Shown: positions 8,443-17,964 of the stretch, piece by piece | Layout: the number at the start of each line of letters is the position of its first letter | How positions within the stretch are numbered: the first letter of the stretch is position 1 | Source of the DNA: Candidatus Levyibacteriota bacterium | GTDB taxonomy: Bacteria; Patescibacteriota; Microgenomatia; Levybacterales; UBA12049 | NCBI GenBank assembly: GCA_049519175.1 | Contig: JBEKQZ010000001.1 | Location: forward strand, 463,679 to 527,678 | Direction: 5' to 3' | Length of the DNA stretch: 64,000 bases | Position numbers and translations under genes: made by a program | The notes under the pieces: generated by a model | The model's database searches: none | What the model saw: the letters and a program-made list of their open reading frames with translations, nothing else | Told to the model about the DNA's origin: nothing

Positions 8443-8991
8443 ATGAAGAATATCATATTGCTCGCCCTGATGGCAGCAATAATCCTTATTCCTCAAAAAG
8501 CATACGCTCAAGAGTCCTCTGCATCTTCCGCAAATATCCAACTCCCAACAGTCGCAAAGACGGGAGTCGATAACCGTGTCAAAATTTTGACTAGCTATCT
8601 AAATCAGTATGATTCTCCTTTGGCGCCTTACGCTTCCGACTTTGTCGCGGCGGCCGATAAATATAACCTTGACTGGAGGCTGGTAGCCGCTATTTCAGGC
8701 GTAGAATCAACTTTTGGCAAGGAAATACCAGTTAATTCGTATAACGCCTGGGGTTGGGGAATATATGGCGACAATGTTATCGATTTTAAATCTTGGGACG
8801 ATGGCATCGAAACTGTTTCGCAAGGTTTAAGAGATAAATATATAGATCAATGGGGTGGACAAGATATCTATCAAATTGGGGCAATGTATGCCGCTTCACC
8901 CGCTTGGGCTGGACATGTTGAATTATATCTAGATAACATCCAAACATTTGCACTAAACGATCCTCAAGACACCCTTTCGATTTCTTTGTAA
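8443..8991 (+). CDS. Secreted lysozyme-like/glucosaminidase-type peptidoglycan hydrolase (paralog 2)
   Basis: Signal peptide MKNIILLALMAAIILIPQKAYA; AADKYNLDWRLVAAISGVES and NAWGWG motifs similar to paralog 1. Confidence 0.75.
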   Translation: MKNIILLALMAAIILIPQKAYAQESSASSANIQLPTVAKTGVDNRVKILTSYLNQYDSPLAPYASDFVAAADKYNLDWRLVAAISGVESTFGKEIPVNSYNAWGWGIYGDNVIDFKSWDDGIETVSQGLRDKYIDQWGGQDIYQIGAMYAASPAWAGHVELYLDNIQTFALNDPQDTLSISL

Positions 8992-9019
8992 ATCTTGTAT
9001 AATCGTTTAACCGGAGCTC

Positions 9020-9104
9020 GCCCAGGTGGCGAAACTGGCAGACGCGATAGGTTTAGGACCTATTGCCCTTTAAAGGCTTGGGAGTTCGAATCTCCCCCTG
9101 GGCA
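9020..9104 (+). tRNA. tRNA-Leu (anticodon TAG)
   Basis: Acceptor stem GCCCAGG/CCTGGGC, anticodon arm ATAGG-TTTAGGA-CCTAT, long variable arm, GTTCGAATC T-loop. CCA not encoded. Confidence 0.95.
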
Positions 9105-9110
9105 CAAATT

Positions 9111-9938
9111 ATGAAATCAATCTTAGAAAGACAGGCAGACGGAACAATCAAATTAACCATCACTATTCCTTGGAGCGTGGTCAAAAAGGCCAAAGAAGAA
9201 GCACTTGAGGCCTATTTAGCCTCGGCGCAGCTTCCCGGATTCCGCAAAGGCAAAGCACCTAAGAAGTTGGTTGAGAAAAATGTTGACCAAGACCACCTAA
9301 GAGAAGAGGTCTTACGCAAACTCTTGCCCCAGGGCTACGTAGAGGCTCTAAAGGAGCATGATTTAAAGCCTATCCTTAATCCCAAAATTCACGTTGCAAA
9401 GCTTGAAGAAGACAAGGATTGGACCTTTGACGCTTTTACGGCCGAAGCACCCGAAATTACCCTCGGAGATTATAAAGACAGCGTTAGAAAAGTGACGGCT
9501 AAATCCAAAATAATCGTGCCTGGAAAAGAACCGGCTCCGACCAATTTTGAGGATATCACCAAAGCGATTTTGGAAACTGCCAAAGTCAGAGTTCCCAAAA
9601 TAATTATCGACCAGGAGGTTGACCGGCTTTTGGCGCAAACTTTGGATGAAGTAAAAAGACTTGGTTTAACGCTGGATCAATATCTCGCTTCAACCAATCG
9701 AAATACCGAAGTTTTAAGACAAGAATATGAAAAAAAGGCGGAGAACGATATCCAGTTGGAATTTTTACTGCAAAAAATTGCCGAGGAGGAAAAAATAACG
9801 GTTGAAGATAAGGAAATTGACGAAGCTATCGCACAGGCTAAAACCGACACGGAAAGACAAAATCTCCAAAACAACCGCTACCTTTTAGCCGGTATCATCA
9901 GACAACAAAAAACGCTTGATTTCCTAAGAAGTCTGTGA
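9111..9938 (+). CDS. tig: Trigger factor (short form, apparently lacking the FKBP PPIase domain)
   Basis: Ribosome-binding signature PGFRKGKAP and C-terminal chaperone domain; 275 aa from ATG 9111, just after the tRNA. Confidence 0.9.
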   Translation: MKSILERQADGTIKLTITIPWSVVKKAKEEALEAYLASAQLPGFRKGKAPKKLVEKNVDQDHLREEVLRKLLPQGYVEALKEHDLKPILNPKIHVAKLEEDKDWTFDAFTAEAPEITLGDYKDSVRKVTAKSKIIVPGKEPAPTNFEDITKAILETAKVRVPKIIIDQEVDRLLAQTLDEVKRLGLTLDQYLASTNRNTEVLRQEYEKKAENDIQLEFLLQKIAEEEKITVEDKEIDEAIAQAKTDTERQNLQNNRYLLAGIIRQQKTLDFLRSL

Positions 9939-9954
9939 TATATAAGATAACGCT

Positions 9955-10593
9955 ATGGCTACCAAAACAAAACAAGTAAAATTTTCCGATAAAAACTTCA
10001 TCGAGGCCGCCGCAAGAGACATTACAGGCGGCGTTGTAAACTCTGTTAAAAACGACCTTTTGGAAAACAGCATCTCTTCGGCTTGGAAACAATTACTTGC
10101 CAACGCGGAGGATACTGACAATAAAACTTCGCAAATGCAGGCGATGGCCGGCGATTTACAGGAAGGCGAAGAAATCAATCTCTCAAGGAGCGAAAAAAGA
10201 GTCGATATTGACCCCGGAATAAACTACAAAGAAGAAATCCTGCATTTTGAGAAAAAGGAGATGCGTGTTCAGCAAGGACAACTTAATCAAAGAGTTGAAC
10301 AAATTATGATTGAGTTAAAGCAATTAAGCAAGTCCGTTAAGGGCTTAGAAACTCAAGTTAGAGATGTCGATACCAATATGCTTCCGTCAACTCCCGGCAA
10401 GTATCACGAAACATTCTTTGAATATTTGTTAACCGTGTTGAAAAATGCCAGAATTAGGATCGAGGATTCTTCAAATTGGCTTAGCGTTGTCGCGAAAAAA
10501 GCTTCCAAAAAAGGTTATTGGGGCAACGCCAAAAAACATGGCACCAGTTATACTTTATCTGCCGACCGCGCCGTCTCGCAACAAGTTGGATAA
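9955..10593 (+). CDS. Conserved hypothetical coiled-coil protein (DUF5660-like)
   Basis: PGKYHETFFE...WL...KKGYWG..KKHGTSYTLS motif recalled from Microgenomates hypotheticals. Confidence 0.6.
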   Translation: MATKTKQVKFSDKNFIEAAARDITGGVVNSVKNDLLENSISSAWKQLLANAEDTDNKTSQMQAMAGDLQEGEEINLSRSEKRVDIDPGINYKEEILHFEKKEMRVQQGQLNQRVEQIMIELKQLSKSVKGLETQVRDVDTNMLPSTPGKYHETFFEYLLTVLKNARIRIEDSSNWLSVVAKKASKKGYWGNAKKHGTSYTLSADRAVSQQVG

Positions 10594-10601
10594 TTTGCTA
10601 A

Positions 10602-10740
10602 TTGACAAGCTCCGTTAGTCTTCGTTAAAATAGTTTTACCAAATGAAATCTTTATTTATTGTCAAGTTCCTTATTAACGCCTAAACGGCGGGAATTGACT
10701 TGTAATAAAGACATACCCGCCTGACAAGGGCGGTTTTTTT
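10602..10740 (+). promoter_or_regulatory. Promoter, 13-codon leader ORF and alternative antiterminator/terminator (attenuator-like)
   Basis: TTGACA 10602, TAAAAT 10626; leader ATG 10643 to TAA 10684 (MKSLFIVKFLINA). GGCGGG at 10687 can pair with CCCGCC at 10716, which otherwise forms the terminator CCGCC-loop-GGCGG followed by T7 (10734-10740). Confidence 0.65.
10717..10740 (+). terminator. Rho-independent terminator
   Basis: CCGCC-TGACAAG-GGCGG followed by TTTTTTT. Confidence 0.75.
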
Positions 10741-10815
10741 ATGGAACGGAGCGAATGAAATTTGCGAGTTCGCCTGCAAGCGAAGCGGACAGGCGAGGGT
10801 AGGAGGTGAAATATT

Positions 10816-11007
10816 ATGGCAAGATTAGAAGAAAAAGTAACAGAACGCTTAGGGGTATGGGCAGATGACCCACGTTCTGTTGCAGGAGCAGATGCCATAA
10901 GAGCAGCTTCGGAATACAGACAAACTATGTTGGGACGTTTAGAAAAAAGGGTTGGCGCACCAAGAACGCCACAGCCTATGGAACCAGGACAAGAATATCG
11001 AGTTTAA
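10816..11007 (+). CDS. Small hypothetical protein (63 aa)
   Basis: Strong SD AGGAGGTGAA directly upstream; lies downstream of the attenuator-like leader. Confidence 0.7.
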   Translation: MARLEEKVTERLGVWADDPRSVAGADAIRAASEYRQTMLGRLEKRVGAPRTPQPMEPGQEYRV

Positions 11008-11072
11008 TAAATTGTAAAGGTGAATTTATTTTGATAGAATTAAACGGGTCTTTGAGGGAAGACTCGTTTAAA

Positions 11073-11146
11073 GGGCTCTTAGCTCAGCTGGTTAGAGCGT
11101 TGCATTGACATTGCAAAGGTCAGAAGTTCGAATCTTCTAGGGCCCA
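11073..11146 (+). tRNA. tRNA-Val (anticodon GAC)
   Basis: Acceptor GGGCTCT/AGGGCCC, D-arm AGCTCAGCTGGTTAGAGC, anticodon arm TTGCA-TTGACAT-TGCAA, GTTCGAATC T-loop. Confidence 0.95.
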
Positions 11147-11148
11147 CT

Positions 11149-11718
11149 ATGACAAGAGATGACGCATATCAAATCCTTAGAGGCTTAGTCAAAAACGAAA
11201 ATTTGATTAAGCACCATCTTGCCTGCGAAGCGGCAATGAAAGCTTTGTATAAAAGGCTCACTCCAAAACAAATTCCGCAAGAACAAGAGAATTGGGGAAT
11301 TGTCGGACTTTTGCACGACGCCGATTATGAACTGTGCAAAAATCACCCCGAAAGACACACTTTAATTTTGGAAGAAAAAATCGGCGATAAATTAGATCCT
11401 AAGTTAATGCATGCGATTAAATCCCACAACTGGCAAAATAACGGCGTAGTGCCGAAAAGCCGGCTCGACTGGAGTATTTATTGCTGTGACGAATTAACCG
11501 GACTGATTATTGCGGCGGCTTTAATTCATCCCGAGAAAAAACTCGCTTTTCTAACGACTGATTTTGTGCTGAAACGTTTTAACGAACCGTCTTTTGCCAA
11601 AGGCGCCAACCGCGCGCCAATTTTAATGTGCGAAAAGGAATTGACTATCCCACTGCCGGAATTTGTCGGAATAGTTTTAAAAGCAATGCAAACAATTTCT
11701 GTGGAATTAGGACTATAA
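11149..11718 (+). CDS. HD-domain phosphohydrolase
   Basis: IKHH...GLLHDADYE...AIKSH...DELTGLI...F..SFAKGANR motifs. Confidence 0.85.
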   Translation: MTRDDAYQILRGLVKNENLIKHHLACEAAMKALYKRLTPKQIPQEQENWGIVGLLHDADYELCKNHPERHTLILEEKIGDKLDPKLMHAIKSHNWQNNGVVPKSRLDWSIYCCDELTGLIIAAALIHPEKKLAFLTTDFVLKRFNEPSFAKGANRAPILMCEKELTIPLPEFVGIVLKAMQTISVELGL

Positions 11719-11727
11719 TTAGAAGTA

Positions 11728-11952
11728 ATGGAAAGACACGAACAGATAAATCAACCGCGCGTTAAAATCTTTATTAATAATTTCATCGGCGGGCTAGCTT
11801 GGGCATTGGGCGCAACCGTCGGACTGGCTCTAATTATTGCTATTTTGACGTTAATTTTAAAAAATGCCAGTTTAGTTCCTTTTATCGGAAGTTTCGTTGC
11901 CGATATTGTAAAATTTGTCATTACCAAGAATCCAAACCTGTTATCTAGATAA
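11728..11952 (+). CDS. Small membrane protein (DUF5665-like)
   Basis: NNFIGGLAWALGATVG...PFIG motif with TM helices. Confidence 0.7.
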   Translation: MERHEQINQPRVKIFINNFIGGLAWALGATVGLALIIAILTLILKNASLVPFIGSFVADIVKFVITKNPNLLSR

Positions 11953-11980
11953 TTTTGCCAATAATTGATAGAATAACCTC

Positions 11981-13198
11981 ATGGATACGAAAATAAAAAG
12001 TCATCAGGAGCTTGGTCAGGAATTGGATTTATTTACATTTTCAGATTTAGTTGGATCAGGCCTTCCGTTGTTTACGCCAAAAGGGACTGTGCTTCGCCGA
12101 ACGCTACAAAGATATATTGAAGATCTTTTGGAAAAACAGGGCTATCAATTTGTTTCAATTCCGCATATCGCCAGAAAAGAACTTTACGAAAAATCGGGAC
12201 ATTTGGAAAAATTCGCCAACGATATGTTTCCGGTAATGCATGCTAAGGGTAGAGACTATATTCTAAAACCGGCAAACTGTCCACATCATACCCAAATTTT
12301 TGCCCGAAAACCAATTTCCTACAAAGACATGCCGCAACGCTACGCCGAAAGCACCACTCAATACCGCTCGGAACAATCAGGAGAATTAGAAGGACTAACC
12401 AGGGTGTTAGGACTCACTTTGGATGATTCACATATTTTTGCCAGACCGGATCAGGTTAAGGAAGAATTTCGACGTGCTTTGGAAGTTAATAAAACTATGC
12501 TTAAAGATTTTGGACTAAAGTATTGGATTAGACTTTCCGCTTGGGATCCAAAAAACCGAGAGAAATATTTGGGTGATGAAAAGAAATGGGAAGAAATGCA
12601 ACATTTAATGGAAGACATTTTAAAGGAGTTGAAAATTGAATATAAGAGAGTAGAAGGGGAAGCAGCCTTTTATGGTCCGAAAATGGATTTGATGGTTAAA
12701 GATTCTCTCGGTAAAGAATGGCAGTTATCGACCATTCAAGTGGACTTTAATTTACCGGACAGATTTGATTTATCATTTGTCGACGAGAACAATCAAAAGG
12801 TTAGACCGATCATGTTGCATCGGGCAACCTTTGGTTCTTACGAAAGATTTTTGGGAATGATTATCGAGCATTTCCAGGGCGCGTTTCCGTTATGGCTTTC
12901 GCCTGTGCAGATTTCACTCTTGCCGATTACCGATGAACAAAATAAATTTACTAAAGAATTAGCGGAAAAATTAAAGACCGAGAATATCAGAGTTGAAGCT
13001 GATTTACGTAACGAAAGACTTCAAGCCAAGATTAGAGAAGCTACTTTACAAAAAGTCCCATATTTAGGTATAATAGGAAAGCAAGAAACGGAAAGCGGTT
13101 CGGTTTCCGTCAGAACAAGACAAGGAAAAGATTTAGGAAAAATAAAAATAGCAGACCTAATTAACAAGTTAAAAGAAGAAATTGATAAAAAGGTATAA
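11981..13198 (+). CDS. thrS: Threonyl-tRNA synthetase (short form without N-terminal editing domains)
   Basis: KPANCPHH, GLTRV, GEAAFYGPK, LSTIQVDF, HRA..GSYERF motifs and anticodon-binding domain. Confidence 0.97.
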   Translation: MDTKIKSHQELGQELDLFTFSDLVGSGLPLFTPKGTVLRRTLQRYIEDLLEKQGYQFVSIPHIARKELYEKSGHLEKFANDMFPVMHAKGRDYILKPANCPHHTQIFARKPISYKDMPQRYAESTTQYRSEQSGELEGLTRVLGLTLDDSHIFARPDQVKEEFRRALEVNKTMLKDFGLKYWIRLSAWDPKNREKYLGDEKKWEEMQHLMEDILKELKIEYKRVEGEAAFYGPKMDLMVKDSLGKEWQLSTIQVDFNLPDRFDLSFVDENNQKVRPIMLHRATFGSYERFLGMIIEHFQGAFPLWLSPVQISLLPITDEQNKFTKELAEKLKTENIRVEADLRNERLQAKIREATLQKVPYLGIIGKQETESGSVSVRTRQGKDLGKIKIADLINKLKEEIDKKV

Positions 13199-13802
13199 AA
13201 GGCACGAGGACAATCGAAAATTTTACAGAGTTAACGAGCGGATATATGCTCTGAGCCTTCGCGTTTTAGACGCAGAAGGAAAACAAATCGGAGTACTCTC
13301 GAAATTCGAAGCTCTGGAAGCTGCCCGAAGTCAAGGATTAGACTTGGTAGAGGTTGCCCCAATGGCAAAACCGCCGGTCGCAAAAATAGTAGACTTCAAA
13401 AAATTCTTGTATCAGGAAGAAAAAAAGAAACGCGAGGAAAAGAAAAAAACCAAAGCTTCCGAAACAAAAGAAGTTAGACTCGGACCTTTTATGAGCGAAA
13501 ATGACCTTGGCGTCATGACAAAAAGAGCCAGGGAGTTTTTGGAAAATGGGGATAAAGTCCGACTGGTCGTCTTTTTTTCGGGCAGACAAATAACGCATCC
13601 TGAATTTGGACACAAAGTTTTGGATAAAACAATTGCCGATTTATCCGACGTTTCCAAAGTCGAAAGAGACAGACGCTTGGAGGGAAGAAAATTAATTGTC
13701 TTAATTAGCCCGGATAAGAAAGGATCCGGAAAAGCTACCAAAAGTAGCGAAAATAAAAATGAGCAAGAAGAAAATAAAGAGGTCGGTATCGAGAAGGTTT
13801 GA
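13182..13802 (+). CDS. infC: Translation initiation factor IF-3 (non-AUG start)
   Basis: RVNERI...GLDLVEVAP.AKPPVAKIVDF...KEVRL...FLENGDKVR..GRQ motifs. Confidence 0.95.
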   Translation: MIKRYKRHEDNRKFYRVNERIYALSLRVLDAEGKQIGVLSKFEALEAARSQGLDLVEVAPMAKPPVAKIVDFKKFLYQEEKKKREEKKKTKASETKEVRLGPFMSENDLGVMTKRAREFLENGDKVRLVVFFSGRQITHPEFGHKVLDKTIADLSDVSKVERDRRLEGRKLIVLISPDKKGSGKATKSSENKNEQEENKEVGIEKV

Positions 13803-13956
13803 GGTTACAAAAACCGGAAAAGTTTTGTTTGCTCATCAATACGGCAGTCATAAAAAACTGCATAAATCCAGATCGAGGATCAGAAGACAAAAAGAAATTG
13901 GAATTTTGGGCGGAAGATTTGCGAAAAAAGTGAAAAAAATGTTGGGCGAAGATTAA
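13759..13956 (+). CDS. rpmI: 50S ribosomal protein L35
   Basis: KRSVSRRFEVTKTGKV motif; infC-rpmI-rplT gene order. Confidence 0.9.
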   Translation: MSKKKIKRSVSRRFEVTKTGKVLFAHQYGSHKKLHKSRSRIRRQKEIGILGGRFAKKVKKMLGED

Positions 13957-14091
13957 TGAAACAAAGAAATATTAATTTCCGGCAAAGTAATTCGGAAAGG
14001 GCCGGCGAAAGTTCATACAAAAATTTTCACCGGACAATTGTCAGAAGTTTTAAGAATAGCTTTGTGTCTACGTTAGGTAAATTTAAAAAAT

Positions 14092-14442
14092 ATGGCACGC
14101 GTTAAACGAGGAGTCGTCTCAAGAAGAAAACATAATAAACTGGCCAGCCTGACCAAAGGCTACCGGGGAACCAAAAGCAGACTGATTAAAGCGGCTAAAG
14201 AAGCAAGCCTTCATGCCGGTGCCTACGCCTATCATGGCCGGAAAGTGAAAAAGAGAGATATCCGCGCCTTGTGGATAACCAGAATTTCGGAAGCCGCTAA
14301 AAAAGAAGGCGTTTCTTATAGCCGCTTAATGAACCAGTTTAAAAAAGCGGGCATCGAAGTCGACAGGAAAATTTTAAGCGAGTTAGTCTTAAATGATCCG
14401 GAAACGTTTTCACAGCTTATCAAAGTCTCCAAACCAAACTAA
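14092..14442 (+). CDS. rplT: 50S ribosomal protein L20
   Basis: MARVKRG...KGYRG...RxLWITRI...DRKILSEL motifs. Confidence 0.97.
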   Translation: MARVKRGVVSRRKHNKLASLTKGYRGTKSRLIKAAKEASLHAGAYAYHGRKVKKRDIRALWITRISEAAKKEGVSYSRLMNQFKKAGIEVDRKILSELVLNDPETFSQLIKVSKPN

Positions 14443-14479
14443 TCATCCTTCCTAACATCACTTCTGTTAAAATAAGCCT

Positions 14480-14932
14480 ATGACAATTATTCCTTTTACC
14501 AAACAAGGTTTTGTCGATTTAGAATCGGCGCTCGAAAAAGAAATTGCCAAAAGACCGCTGGCGGTTGAAGCGTTAAAACGCGGCCGGGAAATGGGGGATT
14601 TAAGTGAGAACGGATTATATAAAGCGGCAAAAATGGAATTAGGAGATATTGACCGGCAAATCCGGCATCTTAAAAATCTTTTTCACTACGGCCGGATTTC
14701 CGAACCCAAAGATAATAAGACTACACAGTTGGGACATTTTATTACCGTCGAAACAGAAAACGGCGAAAAGAAATTTCAGATTGTCGGGGAGTGGGAGGCA
14801 AATCCAAGCGAAAATAAAATTTCCCATAAATCGCCAATTGGGCATAACTTGATGGGACGAAAAGCCGGAGAAATAGTTGCAATCAGAACTCCAAACGGAC
14901 TGACTAACTACAAAATCTTATCTATTCAATAA
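14480..14932 (+). CDS. greA: Transcription elongation factor GreA
   Basis: GDLSENGLY, IVGEWEANP, ISHKSPIG motifs. Confidence 0.92.
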   Translation: MTIIPFTKQGFVDLESALEKEIAKRPLAVEALKRGREMGDLSENGLYKAAKMELGDIDRQIRHLKNLFHYGRISEPKDNKTTQLGHFITVETENGEKKFQIVGEWEANPSENKISHKSPIGHNLMGRKAGEIVAIRTPNGLTNYKILSIQ

Positions 14933-14981
14933 GTTCATTCGTTGTTTTAAAAAGCCTCGTTTTATGCTATTCTTGAAGGTA

Positions 14982-16016
14982 ATGGAAGATGAATTGATTG
15001 ATATTAAAAATACCGCCATCTCCTTTATCCTGGAAGCGGAAGATTTGGAGAGTTTGGAAGAAACCAAACTGCAGTTTTTAGGGAGAAGCGGCAAATTAAC
15101 TTTAGCCATTAAAGGCATTACTAAAGTTGCGCCGGAAAAAAGAAAAGAGTTTGGCATTTTAGCTAACGACGTTAAGCAAACCATTGAAGACGCCATTGAA
15201 GCCCAAAAGTTAAAACTCAAAGGGCAGAAATTAACGAGAGTGATTGAGAAAATTGACGTTACTAATCCGGGAATTAAACCGCCTTTAGGCCATTTACATC
15301 TGGTCACACAAGCCATTGAAGAAATCACCGCTATTTTTGGCAAGATCGGTTTTGAAAGAGTCCGCTATCCCGAAGTTGAATGGGACTGGTATGCTTTTGA
15401 GGCTTTAAACTTTCCGGAAGACCACCCGGCCCGTGACGACTGGGAAACATTTTTTATTAAGGCCGCGATCGATCCTAAGAAGGGCCCAATGCTTTTGACG
15501 CCGCATACTTCTTCCGGGCAAATCCGGGAAATGCAAAGAAAAGAGCCACCGATTCGAATGTTAAATATCGCTAAATGCTACCGCCGACAATCCGACGTTT
15601 CGCACGCACCCATGTTTCACCAATTTGAGGGACTTTTAGTTGATAAAAATATTTCCATTACCCATTTAAAAGGAACTTTAGATTATTTTGTCAAGTCCTG
15701 GTTTGGCGAAAAAAGAGAGTTGAGAATCAGACCTTATCATTTTCAGTTTACCGAACCGTCTTTTGAAGTCGACGTTTCTTGCGGCGTATGTTTGGGTAAA
15801 GGTTGCAAGTTGTGCAAAGCCGGTTGGCTGGAAATGGGCGGCGCCGGCATGGTTCACCCGAATGTTTTAAAGATGGGCGGCATAAACCCGGCAAAATATA
15901 CCGGTTTTGCTTTTGGTTGGGGAGTCGAAAGAGTCTTAATGATGCGGGAAGGATTAAAAGTTGACGACTTAAGAATTTTGTATTCGAATAACTTAGAGTT
16001 TTTGGAGCAGTTTTAA
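14982..16016 (+). CDS. pheS: Phenylalanyl-tRNA synthetase alpha subunit
   Basis: HPARD, HTSSGQ, FHQFEGL, FTEPSFEVD, GFAFGWGVER motifs. Confidence 0.97.
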   Translation: MEDELIDIKNTAISFILEAEDLESLEETKLQFLGRSGKLTLAIKGITKVAPEKRKEFGILANDVKQTIEDAIEAQKLKLKGQKLTRVIEKIDVTNPGIKPPLGHLHLVTQAIEEITAIFGKIGFERVRYPEVEWDWYAFEALNFPEDHPARDDWETFFIKAAIDPKKGPMLLTPHTSSGQIREMQRKEPPIRMLNIAKCYRRQSDVSHAPMFHQFEGLLVDKNISITHLKGTLDYFVKSWFGEKRELRIRPYHFQFTEPSFEVDVSCGVCLGKGCKLCKAGWLEMGGAGMVHPNVLKMGGINPAKYTGFAFGWGVERVLMMREGLKVDDLRILYSNNLEFLEQF

Positions 16017-17963
16017 ATGAATATTAAAATTTTAGACAGCTGGTTAAGGGATTTTGTTAAAACTAAAGCGGCCCCGCCAAAAATCGGAGAGCTACTTTCA
16101 CTATCGAGCGTCTCGGTGGAAAGAATTGAGAAATATGGAAATGATTTTGTTTATGACATTGAAGTTACTACCAACCGACCCGATTTAATGAGCGTTGTCG
16201 GGCTCGCCAGAGAAACCGCCACGGTTTTAAAGTTGAACGGTATCAACGCCGAGTTTGTTCCGCCAAAATTTACCAAGCCGCAAACTCCAAAAATAAATTT
16301 GATCCAAATAGTCAACGACCCGAAATTAGTTAACCGGATTTGCGCGATAGTTATGGAAATTAGGGTAGGGAAGTCACCAAAAGAAATTCAGGAGCGTCTG
16401 GAAGCTTCGGGAACCAGAAGCTTAAATAATTTAATTGATGTCACCAATTATGTGATGAAAACGATTGGACACCCGACGCATGTTTTTGATTTTGACAGAT
16501 TGAACACCAAAACCTTAACCATCCGTGAAGCCAAGAAGGGCGAGCAGATTAAAACCTTGGACGAAAAAGATTATGTATTAAACGGCGGAGAAATAGTTGC
16601 TGCCAATGACCGCAACGAAACCGTCGACTTGCTGGGAATCATGGGCCTGGAAAACAGTGTCGTCACCGAAAAGACTAAACGGATTTTATTTTTTATCGAC
16701 AACAACCAACCGACCAAAATTAGAAAGGCATCAATGGCTTTAGGAATTAGAACTGAAGCCGCGGTAATTAATGAAAAAAATTTGGACGCCGAGTTAGCTT
16801 ACGATGCTTTGCTTTTTGGCATTGCGATGTTTGCAAGAATTGCCGACGGGAAAATTGTTTCGGACATTATTGATATCTATCCAAATAAAATCAGAGAACA
16901 TTCAATTGAAGTTCCATTGGAAAAAATAAATCAAGTTATTGGAGTAGATGTTGATCCAGAGAAAGCTTTACGCTCTTTATCAAACTTAGGTTTTAAAGCC
17001 CAAATTTCGGGCGGTAAAATAAAAGTCACAGTTCCTTCATTTCGAATCGGCGACGTTGAAATCGAAGAGGATATTATTGAGGAAATTGCCAGAATCTACG
17101 GATATCATAATTTGCCAAGTATTTTGCCCCCGCAGACAGGTGTAATCCCTCACCTGTTTGCTAACCAATTCTACTTTGAACAAAGAGTAAAAAATGCTCT
17201 GAAGTATTGGGGTCTTACCGAAGTTTATTCCTACTCAATGGTTTCCGAAGGATTATTCGAGGGGCCGTTAGAACAGGCAGTGGAAATCAGTAATCCGTTA
17301 AGCGAAGAGTGGGTTTACCTACGCAAAACTTTGGTACCAAGTCTTTTAAAAATTATTTCTGAAAATAAAAGCCAAGAAACGATTAAGATTTTTGAAATTG
17401 CCAACGTTTATAACAAAAAGGTAAATGACCTACCTGAGGAAGTAATGACTTTTGCCGGGGTGATCAAAAAAGATAAAATCTCTTTTTTCGAAGTTAAAGG
17501 CTTAATTGAACAACTCTGTTATGATTTAGGAATTAAAAATTTAAGCTTTAAACAATCGGAAAAGGCGAGTAACGGCTCCTCTATTTACATCGGCAAAGAA
17601 TATCTTGGAGAAATAGAAATTCTGGACGCAAATTTAATTGATTTTGAACTTAATTTTGCCTTACTCTTAAAGCATGCAACACTGCAAAAAGAATATCAAC
17701 CATTAAATAAATTTCCACCCATCGTCGAGGATTTATCAATCGCGATCGATGCTGATGTCGAAACCGAAGCAATCGTTGCTGATATTAGATCGCAAAGCAA
17801 CTTAATTACTGACGTTGACTTAAAGGACTCTTACAAAGGCTCGCGGACTTTTCATCTTAGTTACCAAGACCCGGAAAAAAATTTGACCAACGTTGAAGTT
17901 TCCAAAATTAGGGAAAAAATTATTTCTTCGTTAAAGAAACGGTTTAAAGCCTCTATCCGTTAA
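16017..17963 (+). CDS. pheT: Phenylalanyl-tRNA synthetase beta subunit (short; B2 OB domain apparently absent)
   Basis: TTNRPDLMS, DVTNYVM..GHPTHVFD, EEIARIYGY motifs; directly follows pheS. Confidence 0.95.
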   Translation: MNIKILDSWLRDFVKTKAAPPKIGELLSLSSVSVERIEKYGNDFVYDIEVTTNRPDLMSVVGLARETATVLKLNGINAEFVPPKFTKPQTPKINLIQIVNDPKLVNRICAIVMEIRVGKSPKEIQERLEASGTRSLNNLIDVTNYVMKTIGHPTHVFDFDRLNTKTLTIREAKKGEQIKTLDEKDYVLNGGEIVAANDRNETVDLLGIMGLENSVVTEKTKRILFFIDNNQPTKIRKASMALGIRTEAAVINEKNLDAELAYDALLFGIAMFARIADGKIVSDIIDIYPNKIREHSIEVPLEKINQVIGVDVDPEKALRSLSNLGFKAQISGGKIKVTVPSFRIGDVEIEEDIIEEIARIYGYHNLPSILPPQTGVIPHLFANQFYFEQRVKNALKYWGLTEVYSYSMVSEGLFEGPLEQAVEISNPLSEEWVYLRKTLVPSLLKIISENKSQETIKIFEIANVYNKKVNDLPEEVMTFAGVIKKDKISFFEVKGLIEQLCYDLGIKNLSFKQSEKASNGSSIYIGKEYLGEIEILDANLIDFELNFALLLKHATLQKEYQPLNKFPPIVEDLSIAIDADVETEAIVADIRSQSNLITDVDLKDSYKGSRTFHLSYQDPEKNLTNVEVSKIREKIISSLKKRFKASIR

Positions 17964-17964
17964 T

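Noticed and set aside
9063-9110. TTG start of trigger factor at 9063
   Set aside because: Lies inside tRNA-Leu; ATG 9111 is used instead.
11041-11070. Hairpin TAAACGGGTCTT/AAGACTCGTTTA directly upstream of tRNA-Val
   Set aside because: Probably a pre-tRNA leader structure; no evidence of an independent element.
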